Shown here: positions 49,054 to 59,012 of the stretch, piece after piece
How the letters are laid out: each line of letters opens with the position of its first letter
Position numbering within the stretch: the first letter of the stretch is position 1
Program-made: the position numbers and the translations under genes
Assembly (NCBI GenBank): GCA_025058735.1
Contig: JANXDX010000003.1
Location: forward strand, 69,796-133,795
Direction of reading: 5' to 3'
Source of the DNA: Archaeoglobaceae archaeon
Lineage (GTDB): Archaea; Halobacteriota; Archaeoglobi; Archaeoglobales; Archaeoglobaceae
DNA: 64,000 nt
The notes under the pieces: model-generated
The model's database searches: none
What the model saw: the letters and a program-made list of their open reading frames with translations, nothing else
What the model was told of the DNA's origin: nothing

Positions 49054-50170
49054 CTATCTCCTGAAGTCTTTCGAGTTCAATAGCTTTCTTTATCTCCATC
49101 ATCGTAAGATCCAGCGGATCTTCGATCTTTACTCCATACTTTACACTCAAATTCCTCATCTCTGGCGAAGTTGGGCCTATAGCTGGATCTCCAGGAACTC
49201 TGAAAGAGACATCGAAAACGACGAACTCCAACTCATCTTGTGGAGAATAAGCTATTGCTCCCTGAAGTCCAAATAGACCTATGATCCCAGGTGAATACTC
49301 TTTTTCACAAATCCTTATAAGTTTTTCAGCTGCACAGTAAACCATTTCCTGTTTGCTCTCTCTCATAGTAACTCCGAAGTGGCCTATTTCTTCGTTCCTT
49401 ACTGGGACATTTATCTTCAACTGATCCTTTGCAGGTAGATTTAGAAATCCTTGAAGATTTACCTGCCTTCTATCGCTGAAACCTACGAAGTCGAAGTCGC
49501 CAAAGATATCTTTTAAAGCGTAGCAGTGAAAGTTCGCATTGAACCTCGCACCTAAAACGTACTCCTCTATTCTAGCTCTTCTCAACCCATCATCGTTTAT
49601 TACTCCAGCTCTCTTCAGCTCTTCAGCTTGTCTATAGTAATCTTCTGCAGATGCTGCGTAGAAGAAGGCTCTTTCCAAAGGATTCTTTGCCTGCTGAACT
49701 TTGACAACTACGAGTCTATCGATCTCCTCAGGAGATCTGAAAACTTTTGGAATTCTAACTTCAGCTTTTTCAAGTAAGTAGTATTGATTCTTTTCAGCAT
49801 TCCTTTCTTCAGCTCTTAACAAATAGCGATTTCCATATATTGGGACCGAGAATTTCTTTTCTATCCCATCGTAGCCAACATAAACAGCAAAGCTCCTGTT
49901 TGGTATAAAGATCGTGTTCATTTCTAAAAGTTTTTGCTGAACTTCATCGTTCAACATCTGCTTGAAGGAATCCAGAACTATGAATTCATTGTAGAGATGT
50001 CTGTTGTACTTTGTGTAAAGCTTGTCTCTTCCCCTTTGAACTAAAACAACAGTTTTAAAACCCCAGGCTTTTGCAGCCATTCCAATTTCTTTAGCTGAAT
50101 GGGAGCCAAAAATCCCTATCGTCACATCTCTATAATCTTCAACTATTTTTCGAACTTTCTCTGTAAGCAT
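49046..50170 (-). CDS. purP: FAICAR synthetase PurP (5-formaminoimidazole-4-carboxamide ribotide synthetase, ATP-grasp)
   Basis: The N-terminal IGIFGSHSAKEI pattern, about 370 aa length and ATP-grasp body are typical of archaeal PurP. Confidence 0.8.
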   Translation of the reverse strand: MLTEKVRKIVEDYRDVTIGIFGSHSAKEIGMAAKAWGFKTVVLVQRGRDKLYTKYNRHLYNEFIVLDSFKQMLNDEVQQKLLEMNTIFIPNRSFAVYVGYDGIEKKFSVPIYGNRYLLRAEERNAEKNQYYLLEKAEVRIPKVFRSPEEIDRLVVVKVQQAKNPLERAFFYAASAEDYYRQAEELKRAGVINDDGLRRARIEEYVLGARFNANFHCYALKDIFGDFDFVGFSDRRQVNLQGFLNLPAKDQLKINVPVRNEEIGHFGVTMRESKQEMVYCAAEKLIRICEKEYSPGIIGLFGLQGAIAYSPQDELEFVVFDVSFRVPGDPAIGPTSPEMRNLSVKYGVKIEDPLDLTMMEIKKAIELERLQEIVT

Positions 50171-50241
50171 ATCTCAAGTTCTCTCTGAGTAATAATTCTT
50201 TTCTTTAAGAAAAATAAAATAAAATAGAAGAAAAGTAATAA

Positions 50242-51033
50242 ATGCTCAAAGCAAAAGTTTACGTGCATCTGAAAGTTGTAAGACCTTTCGATCCTTGGAG
50301 ATCAAAACTTTGCACCTGTAAAGAGAAGTTTTCGTTCAATCCATATACTGGTTGTTCTCACGGATGTACTTATTGCTATGCAACTTACATCCCAAAGTTT
50401 TACGAGCTAAGAGAGAAAAGAAACTTGTTTAGGTCCTTAGAATCAGATCTTGAAAAGATCCCTGAAAACTCTGTAATTTCGATGTCTAACAGCTCAGATC
50501 CTTATCCTCCTGTTGAGAAAGAAAGAGAAATAACTAGAAGATGTTTGGAAATAATAAAAGATTACAATTTTAAACTTTTAATATTAACTAAGAGCGATAT
50601 CGTTGTAAGAGATCTGGACGTTCTTTCGGAGATGAGGGCTGTTGTATCTATAACTATAACGGGCTGCGATCACCTTGAACCTCTTGCACCAAAGACAGAA
50701 AAGAGGATTGAAGCTTTTAAAAAAGTAAAAGATTCAGTTCCAGCAGTTTTAAGGTTTGATCCAATAATTCCAAGATTAAACGAAGACAAGTTCTGGATAA
50801 TAGAGAAGTGCGATCCAGATCACTTGGTAACTTCAACTTTGAAGCTCAAGAAAAAAGTAGAAAATTCTGAAAGAGTTGGAAAATACTACTACTTGCCAAG
50901 AGATCTTAGATTCAATTTGTTGAAGAAAGTCGAGGATTTTTGCAGATCTCTAGGAATATCTTGCGCGTTTTGCCGAGAAGGGTTTGATTTTAAGGCGAAA
51001 AGTTGCGATGGACAACATCTTTTTAACCTATAG
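50242..51033 (+). CDS. Radical SAM protein, SplB-like (COG1533-type)
   Basis: NPYTGCSHGCTYCYA cluster motif and the about 260 aa elongated-TIM pattern typical of the SplB-like family. Confidence 0.7.
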   Translation: MLKAKVYVHLKVVRPFDPWRSKLCTCKEKFSFNPYTGCSHGCTYCYATYIPKFYELREKRNLFRSLESDLEKIPENSVISMSNSSDPYPPVEKEREITRRCLEIIKDYNFKLLILTKSDIVVRDLDVLSEMRAVVSITITGCDHLEPLAPKTEKRIEAFKKVKDSVPAVLRFDPIIPRLNEDKFWIIEKCDPDHLVTSTLKLKKKVENSERVGKYYYLPRDLRFNLLKKVEDFCRSLGISCAFCREGFDFKAKSCDGQHLFNL

Positions 51034-52057
51034 CTTCTTTCCCTACTAAAGCTATCAAGTTTTCCCAATCTTTGACAGTTTTTGCAAATACGTGACAGTT
51101 TCCAAGCTTAACGTTTTTAAGCCCAACATCTTTTATCATGAAATAAGTTTTTACCATCTCCCAAAAGCTTGGAGGACGATTTTTAGAAAGTTTGTATTCT
51201 GGAAAGAAGGCAAGCAAAGTGAAAGGTATCTTTGGATCAACTTTACAAACAAGTTCAGCTATCTTAACTATCTGATCTTCTTCAACCCAGTTAGGAATGA
51301 ACAAAGCTAAAACTTCTAAAACAAATCCTCTATCAACTATTTCCTCAACGGATTTCAAGATCCACTCATTCTTTGTTCCACAAAGCTTTCTATAAGTCTC
51401 TTCATGGTAAGCTTTTATGTCGAGCCAAAAAGAATCTACTCCAGAGCTGGCAAGTAAGTCAAGATTTTTTGGAGTTAGCCCATATCCATTAGTTTCTATC
51501 AGGACAAAAACTTTTGCAAGATCTTTTATCTTTTCAGTTGCCTGGGCATAGAATTCTGCACAGCAAACCAAATCTCCTCCAGTAAAAGAAACTATGTTAC
51601 GTGCTGGTCCAAAGCCTTGGGGGCTCAATGTTATTTTGCTTGCATCTAATTTTTCTGGACAAAGCCAACCCCTTATACCTCTTGTAACACAGAGCCCACA
51701 GTGATGACAGAGATCTGTCGCATGAAACATTGTAGCTCTCTCTCTAGGTTCATGAACAGTAACTGTCAGTTCGTAATCAGAAACAAGTTCGGCTATCTCA
51801 TCTGTTGAAAGCCAAGATCCGTTGTAAATTTTTGTAAAATACCAGGAATGACATTTGAGACAATCGTGGTTACAACCGGATTGATAAATCGAATAATAGT
51901 CTTCAGGTCTACTTAGGTGTGCTGAACATATCAGTCTATACCATAAACCCTTCTCCTTCTTCAAAGTTGCTACACAAGCTGGCTTGTAAGAATTGTCAGG
52001 CATTTTAACTAAACACTTTCCAGGTTCATAACCCTGCTCAACCATTCTGCACATCAT
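51023..52057 (-). CDS. Radical SAM protein, activase-like (PflA/NrdG-type) with a ferredoxin-like Cys insertion
   Basis: CNHDCLKCHSW (CX3CX2C), inserted CHHCGLC...CP motif, SFTGGD (GGE/D motif) and a Cys-rich N-terminal extension. Confidence 0.65.
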   Translation of the reverse strand: MMCRMVEQGYEPGKCLVKMPDNSYKPACVATLKKEKGLWYRLICSAHLSRPEDYYSIYQSGCNHDCLKCHSWYFTKIYNGSWLSTDEIAELVSDYELTVTVHEPRERATMFHATDLCHHCGLCVTRGIRGWLCPEKLDASKITLSPQGFGPARNIVSFTGGDLVCCAEFYAQATEKIKDLAKVFVLIETNGYGLTPKNLDLLASSGVDSFWLDIKAYHEETYRKLCGTKNEWILKSVEEIVDRGFVLEVLALFIPNWVEEDQIVKIAELVCKVDPKIPFTLLAFFPEYKLSKNRPPSFWEMVKTYFMIKDVGLKNVKLGNCHVFAKTVKDWENLIALVGKEAIG

Positions 52058-52410
52058 AGCTTAAAGAAGAACAACCAGAGTAGGAAAAATATTATCAAAA
52101 GTAGTGGTGAAAAACCAACGACGAATCCATCTTTTTTTATAGGTATGAATACCAGTGGATTTTCCAGGAACTTAAGATCTTTCATCGAAGGTAAAGAAAA
52201 CAGATACATCATTACACCTGTCAGTACTAGCAAAGATCCTAACAGTACAATTGTCAGCGAAACGAACTTCAAATCCACATAAGTTGTTCTTCTAAAACTT
52301 AAAAAACTTTGTTGAACAAGATATATATTAAAAAGTCTTATATTATTTAAAATTTTTCTTACCAAGATAACTTTATTTAGTTTATGTTTATAAAAACTAA
52401 CATCGATCAA
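52054..52410 (-). CDS. Hypothetical small 2-TM membrane protein (start uncertain, probably GTG at 52278)
   Basis: Hydrophobic segments SLTIVLLGSLLVLTGVMMYLF and LLLIIFFLLWLFFF. Its stop overlaps the downstream radical SAM start (ATGA). The 5' third of the ORF is AT-rich promoter-like sequence. Confidence 0.3.
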   Translation of the reverse strand: MIDVSFYKHKLNKVILVRKILNNIRLFNIYLVQQSFLSFRRTTYVDLKFVSLTIVLLGSLLVLTGVMMYLFSLPSMKDLKFLENPLVFIPIKKDGFVVGFSPLLLIIFFLLWLFFFKL

Positions 52411-52422
52411 GAGAGTGATGCG

Positions 52423-53553
52423 ATGTTTGATGAAAGAAGAACGAAAGATTTGAAATGGGAAAGACCCTACATAGTATTCTGGGAATTAACAAGAGCTTGT
52501 AGTTTATCTTGTAAGCACTGCAGAGCAGAAGCTATAACAAAAAGAAATCCAAATGAGCTTACAACTGAAGAATGTTTTTCTTTGATTGAAAAAATGAGCG
52601 AAGTAAAGCCTTTGCTTATTTTTACTGGCGGAGATCCTATGATGAGAGACGATATCTTTGAAATACTAAGCTATGCAAAGGAGAAAAACTTCAGAACAGC
52701 AATAGCTTTCAGCGGTACAAAGAAGGCTGCAAAGAAGATGGGCGAACTCAAAGAAGTAGGGATAGATAGAATAGCTGTAAGCATCGATGGAAAAAAAGAA
52801 GTTCATGATGAATTTAGAGGTGTTGAAGGAGCTTATGAGATTAGTATTGAAGTTGTAGAGGCTGCAAAATCGTTAGATCTATCTTTCCAGATAAATACAA
52901 CTGTAACAAAGGAGACTATGAAAAGTCTTCCAGATGTTGCCAAGCTAACTTTGGAACTTGAAGCAGATATGTGGGACGTGTTCTTTTTAGTTCCAACTGG
53001 TAGAGCTAAGTTAGATCAGATGCCGTCTCCACAGGAGTTTGAAGACATTTTGTGCTGGCTTTACGATCTATCAAAATTTATTAACGTCAAAAGTTCTGCC
53101 GCAACTCACTTTAGAAGAATAGAAATTGTGAGAAAGATGGGAAAAATGCCAAAAGTTAGTAGTTTTTACTTTGACTTGTTGAGATCTTTAGAATCTATGG
53201 CTAAAGGTAGAAAAGCAAAAGAGGGAAAAAAAGTTAGAATTGAAACACTTGGAGTAACTGATGGAAGAGGAATAATGTTTATAAGTCACGTGGGGGAAGT
53301 GTATCCGAGCGGCTTCTTACCGATCGTAGCTGGGAATGTTAGAGAGAAAGATCCATTGGAGATCTACAAAGAGAGCAAGATCTTCATAGAACTCAGAGAT
53401 CCTGAAAAGTTGAAAGGGAAATGTGGACTCTGTGAATTTAAAAAGATATGCGGTGGAAGTAGGGCAAGAGCTTATGCTGTCTTTGGAGATCACTTAGCAG
53501 AAGAGCCGTGCTGCATACACATTCCGTCTAAAATGTATTCGACAAATCGTTAA
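52423..53553 (+). CDS. Radical SAM/SPASM-domain protein (AhbC/AhbD/NirJ-like)
   Basis: VFWELTRACSLSCKHCRA cluster motif and a C-terminal SPASM-type CGLCEFKKICGGSRARAY...CC. Start placed at the ATG at 52423. Confidence 0.7.
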   Translation: MFDERRTKDLKWERPYIVFWELTRACSLSCKHCRAEAITKRNPNELTTEECFSLIEKMSEVKPLLIFTGGDPMMRDDIFEILSYAKEKNFRTAIAFSGTKKAAKKMGELKEVGIDRIAVSIDGKKEVHDEFRGVEGAYEISIEVVEAAKSLDLSFQINTTVTKETMKSLPDVAKLTLELEADMWDVFFLVPTGRAKLDQMPSPQEFEDILCWLYDLSKFINVKSSAATHFRRIEIVRKMGKMPKVSSFYFDLLRSLESMAKGRKAKEGKKVRIETLGVTDGRGIMFISHVGEVYPSGFLPIVAGNVREKDPLEIYKESKIFIELRDPEKLKGKCGLCEFKKICGGSRARAYAVFGDHLAEEPCCIHIPSKMYSTNR

Positions 53554-53584
53554 ATTTATATACACCTTTCGAGCTACCTTTTTC

Positions 53585-54268
53585 GTGGAGTTTAGAATTG
53601 TAGCTGAAAGAATTTGTGGAGACATAGTTTTATCTGACGATCACGGCGGAGCTTTAAAAAAATGGAGAAAAATTTTCAAATTAACGCAATCTGAAGTTGC
53701 AAGAAGACTCAAAGTTACACCTTCTGTCATATCTGATTATGAAAGTTCAAAGAGGAGGCCCGGAGTAAATTTTGTAAAGAGGTTCGTCGAGACTTTGATA
53801 GAGGCTGATGCTGAAAGGGGTTACGAGGTTCTATCTAAGTACAGTTTTTTCTTCGAAACTACTTCTATAATAGATCTAGCTGAATACAATAAGCCTGTGA
53901 ATTTTTTAGACTTTTGCAAAGTGATAGAAGCTGAAAGAGTTAACAACTATGAGAAGACAGTTAATGGACACACTATAATTGATAGCATAAAGGCCATAAT
54001 CGAAATGAACGCGTTCGATTTCTATAGACTTTACGGATTAACTACTGAAAGGGCTCTGATCTTCACAAAAGTTTCCAGCGGTAGATCGCCACTAGTCGCT
54101 ATAAGGGTTTCTGCTTTGAAGCCAGCTGTAGCAGTTTTACATGGAATAAAAGCTAAAGATGTTGATGAGATTGCAAAAAAAATTGCAGAAGTTGAAAAAC
54201 TTCCATTGCTTGTTACAACTTTACCTGTTGATGATGTAGTTTCCCGCTTGAGAGGTGAGTTCGCTTGA
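53585..54268 (+). CDS. XRE-family HTH transcriptional regulator with a C-terminal domain of unknown function
   Basis: [33 protein letters not shown] start. Its TGA stop overlaps the TTG start of the HMG-CoA synthase gene. Confidence 0.65.
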   Translation: MEFRIVAERICGDIVLSDDHGGALKKWRKIFKLTQSEVARRLKVTPSVISDYESSKRRPGVNFVKRFVETLIEADAERGYEVLSKYSFFFETTSIIDLAEYNKPVNFLDFCKVIEAERVNNYEKTVNGHTIIDSIKAIIEMNAFDFYRLYGLTTERALIFTKVSSGRSPLVAIRVSALKPAVAVLHGIKAKDVDEIAKKIAEVEKLPLLVTTLPVDDVVSRLRGEFA

Positions 54269-55296
54269 TCGGGATATGTTCTTACGGAACTTATGTACCG
54301 ATCTATAGGATAAAGATCGATGAAATTGCAAGAGTTTGGGGAGAGGATTGTGATGCTATAAAGAACGGACTTGGAATATATGAAAAATCTGTACCTGATG
54401 AAGATGAAGACGCTACAACTATAGCTGTTGAAGCTGCGAGAGAAGCAGTGTCTAGAGTTAAGATAGATCCAAAAGAAATAGGAGCAATTTTTGTAGGATC
54501 GGAAAGTCATCCGTATGCGGTTAAACCGACTTCTACGATAGTTGGAGAAGCTTTAGGAGTCGGAAACAATTACTTCACAGCAGATCTAGAATTTGCCTGC
54601 AAAGCAGGAACTGCAGCTATGCAGATATGTTATGCTATGGTTAAAGCTGAAATGATAAAATTTGGTTTAGCAATTGGAACAGACACAGCTCAGGCAAAGC
54701 CAGGAGATGCTTTAGAATATTCAGCAGCAGCCGGAGGTGCAGCTTTTTTGATTGGAAAAGATCCGATCGCAGAAATTGAAGCTACGTACTCTTACACATC
54801 TGATACACCAGATTTCTGGAGAAGGGAACTTCAACCGTATCCAAGTCACGGAGGAAGATTTACAGGTGAGCCAGCTTACTTCAGACACATAGTAAATGCT
54901 GCAAAAGGCTTAATGGAAAAATTCGGTTACAGTTCAAAAGATTTTAAATATGCTGTTTTTCATCAACCAAATGCAAAGTTCCCGTTGAAAGTTGCAAAGA
55001 TGTTGGGATTTGGAGGCGAACAAACTTCTCAGAGCTTACTTGTAAGTGTAATTGGAAACACTTATTCAGCATCATCTCTCATAGGTCTCTGTGCAGTTTT
55101 AGATGTAGCAGAACCAGACGAAAGAATACTTCTAGTATCCTTTGGCTCTGGTGCTGGAAGTGATGCTTTCTCTATAAGAGTTACAGACAGAATAATAGAT
55201 TTTCCGAGAGAGCCAAAAGTTTGGGACAAGGTTTCAAAGAAAATCTACATAGACTATGCTTTGTACCTTAAACATAGGGGGAAGATAAGGATATGA
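54265..55296 (+). CDS. Hydroxymethylglutaryl-CoA synthase (archaeal type)
   Basis: Thiolase-fold condensing enzyme with active-site Cys context [12 protein letters not shown] and His context VFHQPN, about 345 aa, first of the HMGCS/thiolase/DUF35 trio. Confidence 0.85.
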   Translation: MIGICSYGTYVPIYRIKIDEIARVWGEDCDAIKNGLGIYEKSVPDEDEDATTIAVEAAREAVSRVKIDPKEIGAIFVGSESHPYAVKPTSTIVGEALGVGNNYFTADLEFACKAGTAAMQICYAMVKAEMIKFGLAIGTDTAQAKPGDALEYSAAAGGAAFLIGKDPIAEIEATYSYTSDTPDFWRRELQPYPSHGGRFTGEPAYFRHIVNAAKGLMEKFGYSSKDFKYAVFHQPNAKFPLKVAKMLGFGGEQTSQSLLVSVIGNTYSASSLIGLCAVLDVAEPDERILLVSFGSGAGSDAFSIRVTDRIIDFPREPKVWDKVSKKIYIDYALYLKHRGKIRI

Positions 55297-56444
55297 GAGT
55301 TGCTATAATTGGTTCTGGTTGCAGTAGATTTGGAGAGCTCTGGGAGAAAGGATTCAGGGAAATATATTTGGAAGCAGGATTGAAAGCTATAGAAGATGCT
55401 GGAATAGAGGGAAAAGAGATCAATGCTCTTTATGTAGGAAACATGAGTGCAGGAATGTTTTTAGGACAAGAACACGTAGCTGCTTTGATAGCTGATTATG
55501 CAGGACTTGCAGAGTTAAACATACCTGCAGTTAGAGTTGAGGCTGCAGATGCAAGTGGAGCAGTTGCATTTAGAGAAGCTTACTTAGCTATAAAATCTGG
55601 TCTATTTGATGTAGTTGTAGCTGCAGGAGTTGAAAAGGTTACAGACGTAAGTGATCAATCAAAAATAGTCTCATCTGCAGCAGATCAAGAATGGGAGTGC
55701 TTTTTTGGAGCAAATCTTGCATCTCTTTATGCTTTGATCGCTAAAATCCACATGAAAAAGTTCGGAGGTGGTGAAGAAGATCTTGCTTTGATAGCTGTTA
55801 AAAATCATAAAAATGCTGTAAACAACCCTATAGCTCATTACAGAAGAGAGATAAGTGTTGAAGATGTTCTAAGTTCACCTTATGTTGCAGAACCTTTGAA
55901 AGTACTAGATTCAGCTCCAATAAGTGATGGAGCTGCAGCTTTGGTTTTGGCAAGTGAAGAGTTTGCAAGAAGAGTTTGTGACGACCCAGTTTTTGTAGAG
56001 GCTTGCTGTCAAGCGAGTGATTACTTGGCTTTGCAAAGTAGAGAAGACTTGACTTCGATGAAAGCTGTTGTAAAAGCTTCAAGGAAAGCTTATAAAAGAG
56101 CAGGAATAGATTCGAAAGATGTTGATGTTGCGGAACTTCACGATGTTTTTACGATAGCTGAAATAATACAATACGAAGATCTTGGTTTCTGTAAAAAGGG
56201 TGAAGGTTACAAGTTGATCAGAGAAGGGATCACATGTTTGAACGGGGACATACCGGTAAATACTTCAGGTGGTTTGAAAGCCTGTGGTCATGCTGCAGGA
56301 GCAAGTGGGATTAGACAGATCGCTGAGATTGTAGATCAGTTAAGAGGAAAAGCCGGAAAAAGACAAGTTGATGCTGAGATAGGTTTAAGTTTAAGTGTTG
56401 GCGGAACTGGAGCTACTGCAGTTGTAACTGTACTGAGGAGATAG
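55293..56444 (+). CDS. Acetyl-CoA C-acetyltransferase (archaeal thiolase)
   Basis: About 385 aa thiolase/SCP-x-like fold ([28 protein letters not shown]). ATGA overlap with HMGCS. Confidence 0.85.
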   Translation: MRVAIIGSGCSRFGELWEKGFREIYLEAGLKAIEDAGIEGKEINALYVGNMSAGMFLGQEHVAALIADYAGLAELNIPAVRVEAADASGAVAFREAYLAIKSGLFDVVVAAGVEKVTDVSDQSKIVSSAADQEWECFFGANLASLYALIAKIHMKKFGGGEEDLALIAVKNHKNAVNNPIAHYRREISVEDVLSSPYVAEPLKVLDSAPISDGAAALVLASEEFARRVCDDPVFVEACCQASDYLALQSREDLTSMKAVVKASRKAYKRAGIDSKDVDVAELHDVFTIAEIIQYEDLGFCKKGEGYKLIREGITCLNGDIPVNTSGGLKACGHAAGASGIRQIAEIVDQLRGKAGKRQVDAEIGLSLSVGGTGATAVVTVLRR

Positions 56445-56446
56445 TT

Positions 56447-56815
56447 ATGATTCCGAGCTTTTGGAGAAAGATAAAGTACAGGTACGATCTGATTGGGACG
56501 CATTGCAAGAAGTGTGGGAGATATTACTATCCGCCGCGAAACTTATGTCCAAGATGCAGGAGGAAGGGAGAGATTGAAGAAGTCAAATTACCAGAAAAAG
56601 GTAAAGTTTTAAGCTACACTGTGGTTTATGAAAGATGCCCGGTTGTTATAGCTCTGATAGAGTTAGAAAATGGTACAAAAATCCTTTCACAGCTATCATG
56701 TAAGCCAGAAGAAGTGAAAGATGGGATGGAAGTAGTTAGAGTTTTTAGAAAGTATGGAGAAACTAGCGATGACGGAATAATCTATTATGGAACAAAGTTC
56801 GTACCTTGTTACTGA
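56447..56815 (+). CDS. DUF35 OB-fold/zinc-ribbon protein (scaffold of the thiolase/HMGCS complex)
   Basis: CKKCGRYYYPPRNLCPRCRRKG rubredoxin-like zinc ribbon followed by an OB fold. Starts 2 nt after the thiolase gene. Confidence 0.8.
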   Translation: MIPSFWRKIKYRYDLIGTHCKKCGRYYYPPRNLCPRCRRKGEIEEVKLPEKGKVLSYTVVYERCPVVIALIELENGTKILSQLSCKPEEVKDGMEVVRVFRKYGETSDDGIIYYGTKFVPCY

Positions 56816-56838
56816 AAAGAATAAAATTATTTTTTAAA

Positions 56839-57720
56839 TTAAAAATGAAAATAACCCCTCCTTTCAACCCTTGAAACTTTGTTTCCCTTTTTAGCAAAAA
56901 CTCCAGATCCCTCGTAAACTCTCCCTATTTCAAAACCGATTTCACTATCTTCCGATGTAAAAACTAATTCGTAATCTCCTCCTCCATACAAAAAAAGCTC
57001 CTCTGGATCTTCTCCATAACCTTCAAGCTCAGAAAGATCGATCGAATCGAGATCGATTAAAATTTTAACTTTTTCTGCCATGTTGTAAAGAGAAATTGCC
57101 AAGCTATCACTTACATCAGTTATTGCACTTGCAAATTTAGATACGATGAGTCCTTCATTGATCCTTGGCTCCGGAGTGTAAAGCTTTTCATCAAACGGTA
57201 GATCTTTTCTTTTTAAACCTTTTTTAAGCAATCTCAAGCAAAGTTCTGCTTTTCCAGTTAAATCAGTTATAAATACTTTCTCTCCAGGCTTTGCGTTCGT
57301 TCTTACAATAACTCTATCAGCTACTCCAACTGCAAAGCCGGCAATTGTTATATACTTTCCAAAATCTATGTCTCCACCTACTACTTTTACATCGTACTTT
57401 TCAGCCAACTTCTTCATACCGATCAGTATTTTTCTGAAAAGTTCAACATCAGCCTCTTTCAAGCAAATAGAGTTCAGGAAAAAAAGTGGCTTGGCTCCAC
57501 ATGCTGCTAGATCTGACAAAGTTACAGCTAGAGCTAGATGTCCAAATTCTTCAGCCTTCATCTCCTCAGGAAAATCTGTAAGTTCACTTACAGTATCGCA
57601 AGTCAAAACTAAGTAATAGTCTCCGAGCTTAGCTATTGCAGCATCGTGTAAACCTGCTGGTACTTCTACGTCTTCTTTCAAAATCTCTTTAACAGCTTCT
57701 ATTAATTCTAACTCCTTCAT
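56839..57720 (-). CDS. thiL: Thiamine-monophosphate kinase (AIR-synthase-related fold)
   Basis: ELELIEAV..., ...LTCDTVSELTDFP..., GGDI and GGGDYELVFT motifs typical of ThiL. Confidence 0.75.
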   Translation of the reverse strand: MKELELIEAVKEILKEDVEVPAGLHDAAIAKLGDYYLVLTCDTVSELTDFPEEMKAEEFGHLALAVTLSDLAACGAKPLFFLNSICLKEADVELFRKILIGMKKLAEKYDVKVVGGDIDFGKYITIAGFAVGVADRVIVRTNAKPGEKVFITDLTGKAELCLRLLKKGLKRKDLPFDEKLYTPEPRINEGLIVSKFASAITDVSDSLAISLYNMAEKVKILIDLDSIDLSELEGYGEDPEELFLYGGGDYELVFTSEDSEIGFEIGRVYEGSGVFAKKGNKVSRVERRGYFHF

Positions 57721-58336
57721 AGAACGATAGAAACTTGCAAGTTACATAAAGACTTGTATAACTTTCAAGTCCTAAACTTACAAATTTTGCACCTTTTAAA
57801 GCTTTCATAGTTTTTTCTGAAAAATCTCCATGCGGAAAAGCTCCTATGCATACAGTTGAATAGTCTAAGATGTTTTCTTTCAAGCTTTCTCCTTTTTCAT
57901 GAAAAACCAGAACTTTCCCATCAATTATTTCTTCAAGTTTTTCATCAACTATTTCAACAAGAACTTCTCTGTCCACTTCTATCTTCCCCTTTTTCATGAG
58001 ATCTTCCATCAGACCTACGAATCTGTTGTAGTTCCTCGGAAGTCTAACCTTTGGATTCAACTTTATGATCTTATCTTCCACTGTATGCACGTAAATTTCA
58101 AGATCTTTTGAAAAAGGTGAATCCAGCAAAAGAAGAAGGCAGGAATGAATTATATCTGGTCTTCCTCTTTTTTTCCAATCTTTCAACTTTTTCATAGCAC
58201 TGTGATGCTTTGAATCGTCAAGCAATATCTCTTTCGAACTCTTTCTCCTTCTCCTAGCATCTGCTAAGATAGCTGGATGATCTGCTATAACTTCTGGTAC
58301 CAGTTCGATCGAAGCTTCGAGGAACACAACTTTCAC
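57689..58336 (-). CDS. nep1: rRNA small-subunit pseudouridine N1-methyltransferase Nep1/Emg1 (SPOUT)
   Basis: GRPDIIHSCLLLLLDSPF and the about 215 aa SPOUT pattern. GTG start. Confidence 0.8.
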   Translation of the reverse strand: MKVVFLEASIELVPEVIADHPAILADARRRRKSSKEILLDDSKHHSAMKKLKDWKKRGRPDIIHSCLLLLLDSPFSKDLEIYVHTVEDKIIKLNPKVRLPRNYNRFVGLMEDLMKKGKIEVDREVLVEIVDEKLEEIIDGKVLVFHEKGESLKENILDYSTVCIGAFPHGDFSEKTMKALKGAKFVSLGLESYTSLYVTCKFLSFYEGVRINRSC

Positions 58337-58363
58337 AAAACTTTTATCTTACCGTATCTACTT

Positions 58364-58418
58364 AAGCATGATGATGAACCTCTCATCTGATCGGTGATGA
58401 TGGGTGTACGGTCTGAAA
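58364..58418 (+). ncRNA. Box C/D sRNA (2'-O-methylation guide)
   Basis: C box ATGATGA (58368-74), a 12-nt guide, D' CTGA (58387-90), a 3-nt spacer, C' GTGATGA (58394-58400), a 12-nt guide, D CTGA (58413-16). A T6 run follows at about 58423. Confidence 0.8.
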
Positions 58419-58451
58419 AAATTTTTTAACCTTAGTATCAAAAAATAATGA

Positions 58452-59012
58452 ATGACTAGTACTTCTCGAATTCAGAGGATCAAGGAATATCTCTCAAGGA
58501 GAAAGATCCTATTGAAGAAAAAGATCGGAATTCTAGTAGATGGACCGAACATGTTGAGGAAAGAGTTTAAGATAAACTTGAAAGAAGTTAGAGATCTTCT
58601 GTCAGACTATGGTGACATAAAAGTTGCTAAAGTTTTTCTGAACCAGTATGCTACGGAAAAACTTGTTGAGGCGATCGAAAACCAAGGGTTTGAGCCAGTA
58701 GTTACTTCTGGTGATGTAGATGTAAGGATGGCAGTTGAGGCTATGGAACTAATATACAACGATTCAATAGATGTTTTAGCCCTAGTTACTAGAGATGCAG
58801 ATTTTAAAGCAGTTCTGATGAAAGCTATGGAAAAAGGAAAAGAAACTATAATAATAGGCGTAGAACCTGGACTTTCTACTGCTTTAAAAAATTCTGCAGA
58901 CATTACAATAATATTAAACGAAGTTGAACTGAGTGAAGAAGTAGAAAAGACAGTAGAGGAGCCAGAAGTGAGAAAAGAAGAAAAATGGAAAGGAGAAATA
59001 ATAGAAGTATAA
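58452..59012 (+). CDS. NYN/LabA-like (DUF88) domain protein with an acidic C-terminal tail
   Basis: IGILVDGPNM..., VTSGDVDVRMAVEAMEL... and LVTRDADF match the NYN/LabA nuclease-like fold pattern. Confidence 0.7.
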   Translation: MTSTSRIQRIKEYLSRRKILLKKKIGILVDGPNMLRKEFKINLKEVRDLLSDYGDIKVAKVFLNQYATEKLVEAIENQGFEPVVTSGDVDVRMAVEAMELIYNDSIDVLALVTRDADFKAVLMKAMEKGKETIIIGVEPGLSTALKNSADITIILNEVELSEEVEKTVEEPEVRKEEKWKGEIIEV

